Shown here: positions 1-11,996 of the stretch, piece by piece
Layout: each line of letters starts with the position of its first letter
Numbering within the stretch: position 1 is the stretch's first letter
The notes under the pieces: generated by a model
What the model was told of the DNA's origin: nothing
The model's input: only the letters and a program-made list of their open reading frames with translations
Databases searched by the model: none
Position numbers and translations under genes: made by a program
NCBI RefSeq assembly: GCF_963506605.1
Contig: NC_083286.1
Location: forward strand, 60,822,001-60,886,000
Length of the DNA: 64,000 bases
Reading direction: 5' to 3'
Origin: Zootoca vivipara
Lineage: Eukaryota

Positions 1-342
1 GCAAGTAGTCCTCACTGACCTGCTGCAAAAAGATCTTGTCATATCTGGAAGAGCCCTGGCTGCCTAGATAAAACACTATAGCCCCCCCCCCACCTTTACC
101 TGAGAGTGAGGCCCACTGAACTCAGATACTTAGTTATTTACTAGATACAAGTCAGCAGCACCAGATGACCCTGCTCGGTTAGGTGGATTGTACCCCGTGC
201 CTTGCAGAGTCAGGCCCAGGCTGCCACCTGGCCCAGCACTGTCGACAGCTACAAGCAGTGGTCAAAATGGGAGCCTCAGTGATCGCCCTCTCCTACTGTA
301 CACAAACCATGGCTATACAAATTCAATATAAAATGAAGCGCT

Positions 343-361
343 AGGCCGCCCCCTGGTGGGC
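343..361 (-). promoter_or_regulatory. CTCF-like motif
   Basis: Minus strand reads CCCACCAGGGGGCGGCC, close to the CTCF core CCACCAGGGGGCGC. Binding is not shown. Confidence 0.45.
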
Positions 362-761
362 CACCCCCTTACCTGCTTGTGATTTGCTAAGCAGATAGCC
401 AGCCAATCAGGATTTTTAAAAAAATGATTTCTTTTCTTTTTTTCTCACTTCCCTCTGTGGCCCCCCCATTTACTTAATTTTCACCTGTGGCCCCCTTGGA
501 ATGTGACCCCCAGTTGGGAAACACTGCTTTAAAGCACCACACAGGGCTCTTTGCAAGCCCTGTATGAATTTGACACCCCAACTTTGGGACTTGAGAGCAT
601 CCGAACAACTGACTTCATTGTGGGCAGTTCACCTGTAAAGGCAATCAATTCACATGTAACTTGGCCCCAAAAGGTATATGGGGTACTAAAAGTCATTTCA
701 ACCACAACACACCTTTCCCCTTTCTTCAAGTAAACTGGACTCAAACTGTTAGGCTTTAAAG

Positions 762-897
762 CAGGCATCCCCAAACTGCGGCCCTCCAGATGTTTTGGCC
801 TACAACTCCCATGATCCCTAGCTAACAGGACCAGTGGTTGGGGAAGATGGGAATTGTAGCTCAAAACATCTGGAGGGCCGAAGTTTGGGGATGCCTG
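762..897. mobile_element. Palindromic hAT-type MITE (136 bp)
   Basis: TIRs CAGGCATCCCCAAACT...AGTTTGGGGATGCCTG with a perfect 8-bp TSD CTTTAAAG (754-761, 898-905). Confidence 0.9.
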
Positions 898-1019
898 CTT
901 TAAAGGTTAGTACCAGCACACACTAACCAGGGCCAAACAGCACTAGCACAAAATAATTGTGTTTCCTATAAACATGAGAGAATGAAGCTGGCAACAATAA
1001 ATTAAAAACTGGTAAAGAA

Positions 1020-1210
1020 CATTTCAGTGAATTTGTTAGAAAGGACAAGTTTTTTAACTGTAAGAGGGGTTCAGTATGAAGAGAGGCGTCCCTGGAGATG
1101 GTTGACTTGCATATCTTCATAACATGCGCCAAGGATATTGTAAACTTAAGACTTCCTTCCTTAGGCAAAAGGACCAGACACCCTATGGGTCCCTTCAAAG
1201 TCTAAGATTC
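1020..1210 (+). mobile_element. Degenerate CR1-like LINE 3' end
   Basis: Resembles CR1 3' UTR ending GGTCCCTTCAAAGTCTAAGATTC; recognised by eye. Confidence 0.45.
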
Positions 1211-3614
1211 CAGTTCTATTCTACAGCTACTTAGCTACGATAGAAAAGAAAATTGAAATTGGACACCCAGGCTCAAAGGGAGACCAGAGCTGTGTTCCCT
1301 AAGCTGAGAGATAAATTCTTGAGCATATCTGTTCTGAATGTGATTAGATCACTTCCTAACTCCTATGCAGAGACAGCAGAATTTCCCTCCTTCACTGACA
1401 GCTGACTGGAAGGGAAAATATCCAGAACGTCACAGGACTTTGTTTCTCCTAGAGTACTGGCATTTTTTCCCAAGTCATACTAAAGTGCCCTGGGAACCCT
1501 GAAGTAAAAGGACTTTCCAGAAGTTTCTTAAATGTTAGATGTCATTTTGTAAATAATATACAGTTTTTATACATGAATAGATATTGACCAAGGGTTTCAG
1601 ACATTATATCAAAGCAGTTAAATGAAACCAAGGCCAACTTCCCTATGATAATCCCCATTCAATGAGTCTTGAAGATGGTACCAAACTCTCATAACCATTT
1701 CATTACATTTCCAAAAGATGTGGCACAAACCACAAGAAAGCTGGCTCTCATTTTACATTTTTGTTCACAGGTACACAATCCCACTACAAAATACACACAT
1801 GACCTATCAAGTGTGGAAGGCATGCAGATATCTCTCAGACTTGAATATGGAGGTTTAGATCCTTTTCCCAGTCACAACTAGATGTTTTTGAAGACTCATT
1901 CATCTAACTGTACATGTGTGCATCCTCCAGCTTTGTATTTTGGACTTTAATATACATAGCCCAATGCAAAGTGAGACTCAGTCCTTCAATTGTGCATAGC
2001 ACTATTTGTAAGATAACTGTAAAGAGGACTTAAAGAAACAGCATCAGGAAATACACTACAAAATAAATTTAGTGTCTTGCAGTTGTATCTAAGCTGCACA
2101 CGAAACAGACTCACTGAAATTAATGAACCCAAGTTAGTATTTTCCACTAATTTCAATGTGTTGATTTTAAGTTGAACTTAGTTGGATACAACCCATAAGC
2201 TGATTTCCCAAGATACTATGCACAATTCAGTATTCATATTCAAGCCATTTTATGTAATTCAAATAAATATCTTGGTACATTGAACTTGGTGCTAAATTAT
2301 ATTCCAAATTACAAAGGTTCCAAGTCTGTGCATGCAGATACAAAACTATTTTTATCATGAGCAGGAAGACACGTCCCACATACATTGGCTATGTTTGAAA
2401 ATCACTTGCACTGACAAGAAAAGGTTGGGGCACCATGGCTCACAGCACATAAAGAATGCAACAACAACCTTGATGAGTCCTTGTTATTATTCACATGATT
2501 TTCAAGGCGCAAAGCAGATGTGTGAGGGTTTACAAACTTCTCCTTGCCCCCATCCCACACTCAGTTCTCTTTCACCTGGATGAAAAGATGAAGTAGGACC
2601 TAACTACAGAAAGTTCTAGCTGCTGCAACTCTAGACATAAGTTGGAAAAGAAACAGGCAGTGGTTGATGACATTTCAGGTATCAAAGTGGGTTCTTAACA
2701 GAAATTTCAGCAGTTAAAGGCACTTTTATTTCTTACAAAGCTTTCTAACCCTTCCCGTAGGTAACAAAAGAAAGATAGTAACATGACTGCCAGTTATTAC
2801 TACCCAAGGATGCAGTCTTTTTCTAAACTAGACAAAATGGCCATTTCTGGTTAAATACAGTACACTATAGCTCCCAATCAACATAACAATATCTTACGCA
2901 CAAGAAGATATCACAGACTTTCAGACAGGACAGAAAAAAGGCAAGATTCCTAGCCAGTATCTCTTGTGTGTTCAAACACAGCAGAATAAATCAAACAAAA
3001 ACTTCAGATTACACTTACAGGGGTCAAGCAACATAGCAAACTGTTCCTACCAAAACATTGAATGAATTTATTATTTCGGTCACAGACCAGTTCCAGCTCA
3101 CATACAAAATCAGGGAAGTGATGAAACACAATAGGGATACATTTAAATTGGCAGTTCGGTATAACAGGGACAGTACAGATATAGCAGCAGTAAAAATATA
3201 TAAATTAGATCTTATTCACTAAAATATAACCTGAAGTCTACCACATTAAAAAAAAACCATGCCACTCTATTTCTTTAAGTCTCTTTTACTATACAGTACT
3301 CAAACTCAGCCATCATCTAGCGTCTGCTCCACCTTGATACAGTATTAAAATAAACATTAACATCTGATCTAGTTTAGCTTAGTTGGCAGGCACATTCTAA
3401 ACTGATCACTTAAATGTTTGGGGTGGGGACTGTCTTCTGGTGCTGTGCTGCCAGCCAGCCAGCTATATGGCAGCAAACCTATATATAAAGCAGTATAGAA
3501 ATAAAATGAATAACAATAATAATAATAATAAACCCCATCACAAAAAAGCGCCTAGACATTCCATTGCAGTGACCGTAACCAAAATTAAGGTGTCATCTGG
3601 CAATTAGCTTATGG

Positions 3615-3749
3615 CAGCATCCCCAAACTGCAGCCCTCCAGATGTTTTGGCCTACAACTCCCATGATCCCTAGCTAACAGGACCAGTGGTCAGGGATGAT
3701 GGGGATTGTAGTCCGAAACATCTGGAGGGCCGAAGTTTGGGGATGCCTG
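3615..3749. mobile_element. hAT-type MITE, same family as 762-897
   Basis: Near-identical sequence to 762-897; TSD GCTTATGG / GCTTACGG (1 mismatch). Confidence 0.88.
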
Positions 3750-4669
3750 GCTTACGGTATATATCTGAGTTTCTAACACTGTAAAGAGTTAAACTAATAA
3801 CCACAACAGCTCCATTTAATCCAACAAAATGTATATATTCCATAATCGGTAAGTAACAAAAGAATATCAGTAGGGGCCCTATGGCAAACTCCTTTTTCTC
3901 CTTAAGTAACCTTGTAGGGCTGAACAGATTAAACATTTTCAGCGAGAAATGCTGTTGCAGAACTGCATTAATAAGGATTTTCTGTTTAACAGCTGCCAAA
4001 GAGAACAGCCACTCTTGCACGAAGCTAATCTTACCACCAATTATCTAAAGAACTATGAGTCTTTTTCCTCATTAAGTCAAGTTATTTCAATGGCCCAGAC
4101 ACATAAATCAGAAAAATGTTTTTGTTCTACCCAAGTAGCCAGATTCATTTAGTAGTTGTATCCTACAAACGTTGATAAAACAGTACACAAAGCATAATGC
4201 AAGATTAAAACTCATCTTAAACTTTTTTTAAAAGTAGTATAAAGAAAAAATCTTCACCCTCTCAAAATACCGGTAAATATTTATAATTTAAAAAATAAAT
4301 AGGGAAAGATCAAAGCTCCTTCAACACTCCATTGATCTTAATGCAAGCTGTTCCACTTAAGCAGGTTAGCATCTCCTCCAGCTAATCTGTTAGAAGACTG
4401 AATTAAGATGTAAGAAGGAGGGTTCCACTGTCCAGTATTCCTCAAGCATTTCTTGCAGTGACACAAATGGAAAATCTCAACAGCACACAATAGGAAATCC
4501 TCCTCCTACAAGAATGTCAGTGAATGAAGTACAGAAGCCACCAGAAGCATTCTGGTACATTCTAAGGTTTAAAAGGTTCTCAGGTCTTCTCGAAGGCAGA
4601 AAGAGCAAAGACTTTCTTTTACTACTGTGCTATCTCTATTTTTAAAGGCTGTTCGCTCCTGAGACAGAC

Positions 4670-5334
4670 TAGAATATCGTCGAAAAGTGCATTTAATTCA
4701 GTAAAGCAACAAAAATAAACATTGCTATTACATTTCTTTAATTACATTCCATTTATAATTGACCCGCCTAACTGCAAATAATTACAATTACAACAAAAAA
4801 GGCTTGACATATCTTATATATAATAATAATAATTTATTATTTATAACCCGCCCATCTGGCTGGGTTTCCCCAGCCACTCTGGGCGGCTTCCAACAGAAAA
4901 ATAAAATACAATAATCTATTAAACATTAAAAGCCTCCCTAAACAGGGCTGCCTTCAGATGTCTTCTAAAAATCTGGTAGTTGTTTTTCTCTTTGACATCT
5001 GATGGGAGGGCGCTACTACCGAGAAGGCCTTCTACCTGGTTCCCTGTAACTTGGCTTCTCACAACGAGAGAACCACCAGAAGGCCCTCGGCACTGGACCT
5101 CAGTGCCCGGGCAGAACGATGGGGGTGGAGACGCTCCTTCAGATATACTGGACCGAGGCCATTTAGGGCTTTAAAGGTCAGCACCAACACTTTGAATCGT
5201 GCTCGGAAACGTACTGGGAGCCAATCTTGCTTTGCATGTCATACATCTATCTCATATATTGCTTCACCTTTTAAGTTGTGTTACTGAAATAAATGCACTT
5301 TTCGACGATATTCTAATTTTCCGAGTTTCACCTG
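4670..5334. mobile_element. Tc1/mariner-like non-autonomous element interrupted by an L2 fragment
   Basis: 4670-4704 is the reverse complement of 5281-5315 (34/35 match); right end GAGTTTCACCTG followed by TA. Confidence 0.65.
4821..5225 (-). mobile_element. L2-clade LINE 3' fragment
   Basis: Minus strand encodes WLPVRFRARFKVLVLTFKALNGLGPVYLKERL (L2 ORF2 C-terminus), followed by the typical 3' tail with an ATT-type repeat. Confidence 0.8.
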
Positions 5335-6287
5335 TATATCAACTGTCTGCCAAGGGTGCTTCATTATTCTCTTTCTCTTTCTCTCTCCTACTGCTATTCT
5401 GTTTTTACTTTCATTTTTGCATTCATATTTGTGTGGTGTAATTTTTACCTGCTGGAAACTGGATTTGCTCAAATGAACTAAGTTTTGCCTTGCTAAGGAT
5501 CTAGCAAGGAACTGTATGATTTATGCCCTAGTAAACTCTACTAAAGACACACTTCCTGCATTCTGTGTCTTATTGGAATCCACGTCTGCTAAAGTTCCGC
5601 TACTCAGCTAAACAAAGGAGACGGAGGTGTCCCGGGTCTTGGGGCACTGGCTCTCGACAAAGACTGGCACCAATGAACAGATATATGATCAAACCACAGA
5701 CTACGCAAAATGCCATATATACAGTACATGGGCAAACTATGTGTAGGATAAATGTAATGAAGCAATGAAGATACTGATTTATATAAGCTATAATAATTTA
5801 TTCTAAAAACATATGTTACACAAGAAATGTTCGATATTACAAACCAGGAATACATTTAATATTTTAATTCAAAATGAAGTCCATTAGGGAAAGTATCACT
5901 GGAATGGCCAAGCTCGCATTTTGCCAACAAGCAGATCCATGTGGATGCATAGCCTGGTACTGTATGACTTCTAGCAATCATTGTGGGAAACCTGTCTCCT
6001 AAAGATCTGTACCGCCAAATGGCAGCAGCAAAGTCAAGATACTCAGTAATAACTGGGTAATTTTGTTAACATGAAGCGCCAAAATTCAGACAACCTCACT
6101 TCCAAAAGCTCGTCTTTGAGGGTCCTAGGACACAACAGCTGCTCCTTTTGCACAAAGACAACTTTGTGACTTCAGTTGCAAATGGGTTTCATGTCCACTC
6201 AAACTACTGTTTCTTCAGCGGAAATGCAGTCGGTAAATTTTGACCACACAAACTCCAAATTACCCTGGCCTAAACTATTAACTAACC

Positions 6288-6442
6288 GTGGCAGCAGACC
6301 AATTGACAGTTTGCCACAAGGTGCTCATACAGGGTTGTTTTGAGTGACTTACTACAGTTTACCTCTGTTGCACAGTCACTCAAAAGAACACTGTACAAGC
6401 TCCTTGTGACAAACTGTCACTGGATTTCGCATCAGCTGCCAC
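6288..6442. repeat. Imperfect inverted repeat (~60-bp arms, ~24-nt loop)
   Basis: TGACAGTTTGCCACAAGGTGCTCATACAGGGTTGTTTTGAGTGACT pairs with AGTCACTCAAAAGAACACTGTACAAGCTCCTTGTGACAAACTGTCA; outer GTGGCAGC/GCTGCCAC also pair. Confidence 0.8.
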
Positions 6443-8689
6443 ACAGCGGTCCCAACTGTTAAAATGTAAGACTCAAGCCGTTCTGATGTTTGGTTACAAG
6501 TGACATCAACACAGCATTTTAATATGCCAATGAAAGTTGCAGGAGTTCATCATACCAATTAAAAATTAAAAGCAATAATTATTTTGGGTTTACTTATATA
6601 GCCCACACCCCACTTGCGGCCCACCAGTTGCTATTGGCTATCAGCTAATCAGAGGCAGGATAACATCACAGTATTATGTAGCCAATCACTGAGGACAAGT
6701 GATGCTGGAAATGACTATGAAAAATAGAGTACATCTAGGTCACCTCTAATCATGCCTTGATACTTCATAATTGTATAGCTTGCAGCTTTTCCATTTCAGT
6801 GTACAGTATAAGAATTTAGAACATTTGTGATTCACACACACAAGCCTCACTGCCACTTCACAGCTTAGAAAAAAGTAACTGGAGGTTATCGGTACTCTTC
6901 ATACTAGTTCTAGTAATGAATAAAAAGGTAGGGAATAAAAAGGGAACAAATTTATGGAGCACACAGAAGAGCCTCTTGAGGAAGTAGAGATTCAGGCCAA
7001 AGGTAGTTTGCCAACATTAGAAAAGGCAACAAGTTTTCGTTTTCTGTGCTCCACTTCTTTTCCTACTATCAAAAGTTTTACACATCTTGTTCTTCCTACA
7101 ATGAAAATCTAGGTCTCTTATGCACCTCAGAATACTGCAAACTCAGCATTAGAATATAAAAGCAAATTTAACAAAGGTATTCATAAAAACAGCAGTAGCC
7201 TAAGTACTGATTATATTAAAAAGAAAAGTCATGTTGCACAGGCCTGTCCAAAAGGACCCTCCATCACCCTTGAAAATAAAACAGCACCGTATCACAACAA
7301 CACCCTCTTCCCGCCTAGTGGTGCTTTCATACCTTAGAGGGCAATGGGGGAATAGAGGTCACATGTTCCCACCAAACCCAATCCACTGCCCACTCAAAAA
7401 CAATGACCCTTCTACTGTATTCTGTTGCCACCTAAGGGATTAGGAGTGAAATTGAGCTCGGAAGAAGCTCAGATATCAATTCTTACCCCACCCAATTCTT
7501 CACAGTTTCCTAGTTGCAAGATTTAGGCATTTTCACTTTCTTGTATTAGCACAAGTCTATCACCAGACACTGGCCGCCCCATTTAAAGCTATGCATTTAA
7601 TATAGCATAAAGACAATGCACAAGCTCAGACTTTGGCAGATCTGCAGAGAGAGGTGCCTGAGATCCAGAAGAGAAGACACTGAAAGTAAGTCTTTAAAGT
7701 GAATATTTTATCATTCCTGTATTTGACAAACACTGCATACAACAGCTCTGAATAAAGATATGTAGGAGGCTGCCTAGCAATGCAGCTAAACATATATGGA
7801 TGGTTGCCAGCAAAAGCAACACAAAGAACCTTTAAACAGCCACTGAACAAGTTTGCTGCAAAAACAATATGAAACCCAGCCTGCCTATTTCCAAGATGCC
7901 CTATATTTATGTTTAAAGAAAGATAATACAAGACAAAACACATTTGGAAACCTAAGATTTTTGAACTCTGCCTAGAACACTCTTAAATTCTAACTCAAAT
8001 ACATTTAAAGATATAACAACAACTTGGAACATATCTACTTATCTCTCAAGCGGAAAGGGCAAAAAGAGATTAACCTGAATTCCAGGCTTTCAACCGAACT
8101 TTTAGGAAATAGCATGTTTAAAAAAGCATTTTCTACATATACTTTAAAACCTGCCAGAGACAGAAAAGCCCATTCACAGCTAAAGTTAAAATTCAAGAAT
8201 ATTTGGGAGAACAAACAAAAACAAAAACCTAAGACACCTTCACTTCCCCACTGTACATTAACATGTGTTTACACAACACCTTCAAGTAACACATCTGGAG
8301 TACAAAAAGGCCATTCCAGTACTGCAAGCTGATTTTAGCTTTGGAGGTATATTTTTTCACACAAAGCTAAAGGCATCAGACAAACAATGTATGGCTTTTA
8401 CAAACCAAGCTATTTAGGTAATTATGCGAACAGACTCCAGGAAAAGAGTGACTTGAGGAACTACTATAAACAGGATACTAAAGCAAGTAACACCTTTTAT
8501 GATGCTATTTTAGGAAAGAAGCATTGCTGTTCTCAGTCTGCTTTCTTCCCTCTTTTCTTCGTATTTGAATCCAGCTCTTACTTCACTTCCTGGGTGAAAA
8601 AAGCAGCTGTTCCAAATACTGTACAGGAAAGGTCCTCAGTTTTTCCTGCCTAAACCACCCAAAAGAATATTCCCTCAATTGTGCTATAT

Positions 8690-9010
8690 CAGGGGTCCCC
8701 AAACTAAGTCCCGGGGCCCGGATACGGCCCAATCGCCTTCTAAATCCGGCCCGCAGACGGTCCAGGAATCAGCATGTTCTTACATGAGTAGAATGTGTCC
8801 TTTTATTTAAAATGCATCTCTGGGTTATCTGTGGGGCCTGTCTGGTATTTTTACATGAGTAGAATGTGTCCTTTTATTTAAAATGCATCTCTGGGTTATT
8901 TGTGGGGTACAGAAATTCGTTCATATTTTTTTTCAAAATATAGTCCGGCCCCCCACAAGGTCCGAGGGACAGTGGACCGGCCCCCTGCTGAAAAAGTTTG
9001 CTGATCCCTG
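8690..9010. mobile_element. hAT-type MITE with internal 71-bp tandem duplication
   Basis: CAGGGGTCCCCAAACT...AGTTTGCTGATCCCTG with a perfect TSD TGCTATAT (8682-8689, 9011-9018); unit TACATGAGTAGAATG... starts at 8781 and 8852. Confidence 0.9.
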
Positions 9011-11136
9011 TGCTATATCATTATAACTCCTTTCATCACTGATTCAAATAAAGACAATAGAGAAGAGGAAGACAGGTGGCTCTTGGGCACCAAGAGGGTA
9101 GGACTGAACTAGTCTAGTAGTCACTTACAGGAGACCAAGTTAACCATCAGGAAATTCACAGGACAGAGGTACTAGTTTCAATTCTGCATGATCATCACCC
9201 CCTTTAGGTGTAAGTGAATTGTAAACACAGACTTGAGGCTGGCCTTAAAACTGTTTACCTGCAACCTAAGAAGGAAGATGTACTGAACCAAGACAGTTTC
9301 ATGCTTAACATAACAATACTCCTCAAACTTCCCATGATCCCCTGAATCCCAGAGCTCATTGCAGTCAGACCTGAAATAGCAAGTGACTCTTTTGAACGCT
9401 CAACACTTTTTGAATAAAATGGGTCACTATTGTTGCTGCAATTTCTTTCACAAACAGCAGTAAAGTAAGCCAGAATTGCTTGTTTGTTTTTTTAAAGTAT
9501 GCAATTCCAAGAACGCAACCCTGCCCCAGCTTCCATTTCCTCACAAGCCCAAACACAGGAGAGACAATGCAGGGAAGGCATGAGGGCAAGAAGCAGAGTG
9601 ATGACTATTCACAGGTCTTGTCCTCAAGAAACCTCCTCTGGCTTCTTAGGTGGTGCCATTGTTTATAGACACCCTTCAGGTGTCAGTAATTTCTTTAAAA
9701 GGGGGCATAATTCAAGCTGACCCTAACATCCCCTGTTAGGTTGTTTGAGGAAGTGCAAAGATGGAAAAATCCCCTCCTTTCAGAGGGTCATAACGAAGAC
9801 CCTCACATGCACCTACAGGGTGATACAATCAGATCAGGCGGAAGAGTTGAGACCACACACACTGCAAGGAGATGGGGGGGGGAGAGGAGAGAGAGAAACT
9901 CAAGTATCAGGAGACCCTGTTCTATAAAGCAAGGGTGGGAGACAGGTTGGCAACTGCTCCTACTGGGAAAGCAGCCAACCCTAGTCAAAGCGCAGAAAGG
10001 CACCAACCCCAGGGAAAGGGATCACCAACCTCCCAAAATAAAACTGGAGGGGTTGTGAAGGGGGAGGGGGGAGAGGAAGCTGACTGGCTATGCTCCCTGG
10101 CATAGCAGGGATACTGAAAGGCAGAAGATTTCCCAGGGCCTGGTATCCATCATTTCGCCTTTAACCTGGGGAAGGGGGCTGGGGGAACATTTTCCCTCAA
10201 CGTTTCCTTTCCTCTCCACAGTGAGAGTTCCTGCTGCCAGGCTCCCTTTCGTCTCCATTGCCAACATGACGGTGCACTGGGGTGGGGCAGTCTGTGAACT
10301 TCTCTTGCCCCCCTGGGGAGAAAATAAAAGGTTTCTGGGGCTGGAGGAGAGAAGGGCATGAGAGCTTCCTGTAGGGTGGGGTCTCCACGACCACTTCCAC
10401 CTCAAAACGGAGCAAATAGCCGTAAAGGGGGGGGGTGTTAGCGCGGGAGAGAGTGAGAAACAACTCAGCAACTTTCCAGGAGTTTTTAAAGCTTTATTTG
10501 TCCCAACCCCTGTCTCTCTTGGGCGCGTGTGTGAGTTGCGCGGGAGCGGGGAGAGGGACCCCGAGGGCACACGCGCCACTTCCCCCTCACAACACACCCC
10601 CTTTCCCCTCAAAAAACCATGAGGCGCGTTTCAGGAAGCCAGCTCGCAGCCGACACGGGAGGGAAACTCCAGCAGCAGCAGCAGCCCCCCCAACCCAACC
10701 GTCCGCCCTCCCCTCACAACAGGAGTGGGGGCACCCTTCTCCCTCACCCCCCCAATGGTCGGTATTCACACGCACTCACAGGCGGTGGGGGGAGGGGGGC
10801 CATTTTCCCTCTCACATTTTCACTTCAGGGGGGAGTGAGGGCCCCACCGCCCTTCCGAGGGACTTAAAAGGGGGGAGGGAACCTTCTATGTCGCCCCCTC
10901 CTCCGTTAAGCGGAGCTCGGGGGGAGGGAGGTCCGTCGTCTCCTTCGGTCTCCCCCTCCCCCCCATTGGCCCCTGAGGGGAGGCTGAGAGGCTGCGCGCG
11001 CCTATTCCTTTCTCTCCCTTCCCCCCCCCACGGCCTAATATATCAACCCCCCCGTCTTTCTTTCTTTCTTTCCCCAATGAAGGGAGGGGAGCCCGCCGAA
11101 TCCTCCTCTCCCCGGCCACGGTCGCGCGCTCGTTAC

Positions 11137-11200
11137 CTGCCAATGTGCTCACAAAGCAGCGGCGGCGGCGGCAGCGGCGCCCACCACTGTCACGTGACTC
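11137..11200 (-). other. UBAP2: Candidate non-coding first exon (downstream form); 5' boundary approximate
   Basis: Minus strand GCCGCCGCCGCTGCTTTGTGAGCACATTGGCAG|GTAACG, donor GT at 11136-11135. Confidence 0.55.
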
Positions 11201-11519
11201 CTCGGCTCTTCCCTCCCCTCGCCTCGCCCCCGCGTTCCCGCGAGCGCGCGCGCGCTCTATCTCGCTCTCTCTGTGTCTCTCCCTTGCGGCCTGCACAGCC
11301 CCGCCCTCACCACGTGACGCTGCTGCAAGGGCGCGCTCGTCGGCCCCCGCGCGTGCGCCGTACGGGTGGCAGCCTCGCACCGCTTCCTCTTCTTACGCAC
11401 GCATGCGCGCACACCGCCCCTCCGCCAATCACGCCGGCTCATTCCCTCCCACGTGATCCCAAAAAGAGGGGGGGCGCTTCTTTTCTGCTGCCGCTCTCCT
11501 GTCCCCACGTGACTCTTAC

Positions 11520-11617
11520 CTCCGGAGGAGATGGAGGAGGAGCCCGGCTACGTCCGCTCGCACGTGACCTCCAGCGGCTTCAATTACCCGTACGGTTAGA
11601 AGTAGAAGGAGAGAGAG
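11520..11617 (-). other. UBAP2: Candidate non-coding first exon (upstream form) starting in a pyrimidine tract
   Basis: Minus strand CTCTCTCTCCTTCTACTTCTAACCG...CTCCGGAG|GTAAGA, donor GT at 11519-11518. Confidence 0.55.
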
Positions 11618-11858
11618 TGTGTGGCGTAGTCGCTGCGGGCCTCATACGTCACCATGTGAGTGGGGGCGGCCTAGGAGGGGGCGTGTCGGATATGAAAGGG
11701 TGACGTTGCCGGCCCCGCCGTGGGTTATATTTGCTATGGAATACTTACAGTCCTTAAAGAGGCAGTTACTTCTCCCTTATACAGTGCATTCCAAAATAAG
11801 TGTGAGCATTATTCAAATGAATGTGAGCACAATAGTATATTTGCAAACACATATGTCA

Positions 11859-11894
11859 TATCTGAAGAAGTGTGCATGCACACGAAAGCTCATA
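11859..11894 (+). ncRNA. Minimal type I hammerhead ribozyme motif
   Basis: TAT-CTGAAGA-A-GTGTGCATGCACAC (stem II)-GAAA-GC-TC^ATA. Core boxes are intact; stem I is only 3 bp. Confidence 0.7.
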
Positions 11895-11996
11895 CCAAAA
11901 TAAAAAACTTAGTTGGTCTTTAAGGTGCTGCTGGAAGGAATTTTTTAATTTTGTTTCAACTACGTCAGACCAACACAGCTACCTACCTGTAACTAA
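11859..11996 (+). mobile_element. Penelope-like element pLTR/3' fragment
   Basis: Hammerhead core followed by AATAAA and GTTGGTCTTTAAGGTGC typical of vertebrate PLE ends; 10-bp flanking direct repeat ACATATGTCA (11849-11858, 11997-12006). Confidence 0.75.

Larger units (their letters stand above)
10430..11720 (-). promoter_or_regulatory. UBAP2: CpG-island promoter, probably UBAP2
   Basis: Very GC/CpG rich, with GC boxes, five CACGTG, NRF1-like GCATGCGC (11401) and two minus-strand splice donors. Gene name comes from conserved UBAP2-DCAF12-UBAP1 order only. Confidence 0.7.

Noticed and set aside
5600-5745. Minus-strand TACTGTATATATGG resembling the recalled UBAP2 start context
   Set aside because: Translation (MAFCVVCGLIIYLF...) does not resemble the UBAP2 N-terminus and stops after 38 codons; exon 2 is probably outside the window.
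1-11136. Intronic snoRNA in the UBAP2 first intron
   Set aside because: No convincing C/D or H/ACA box pair with a terminal stem found by eye; a covariance-model scan would be needed to exclude one.
10435-11703. 422-aa plus-strand ORF
   Set aside because: Low-complexity P/R/G/S translation of a CpG island, non-ATG start, no recognisable domain; stop-poor because of GC content.
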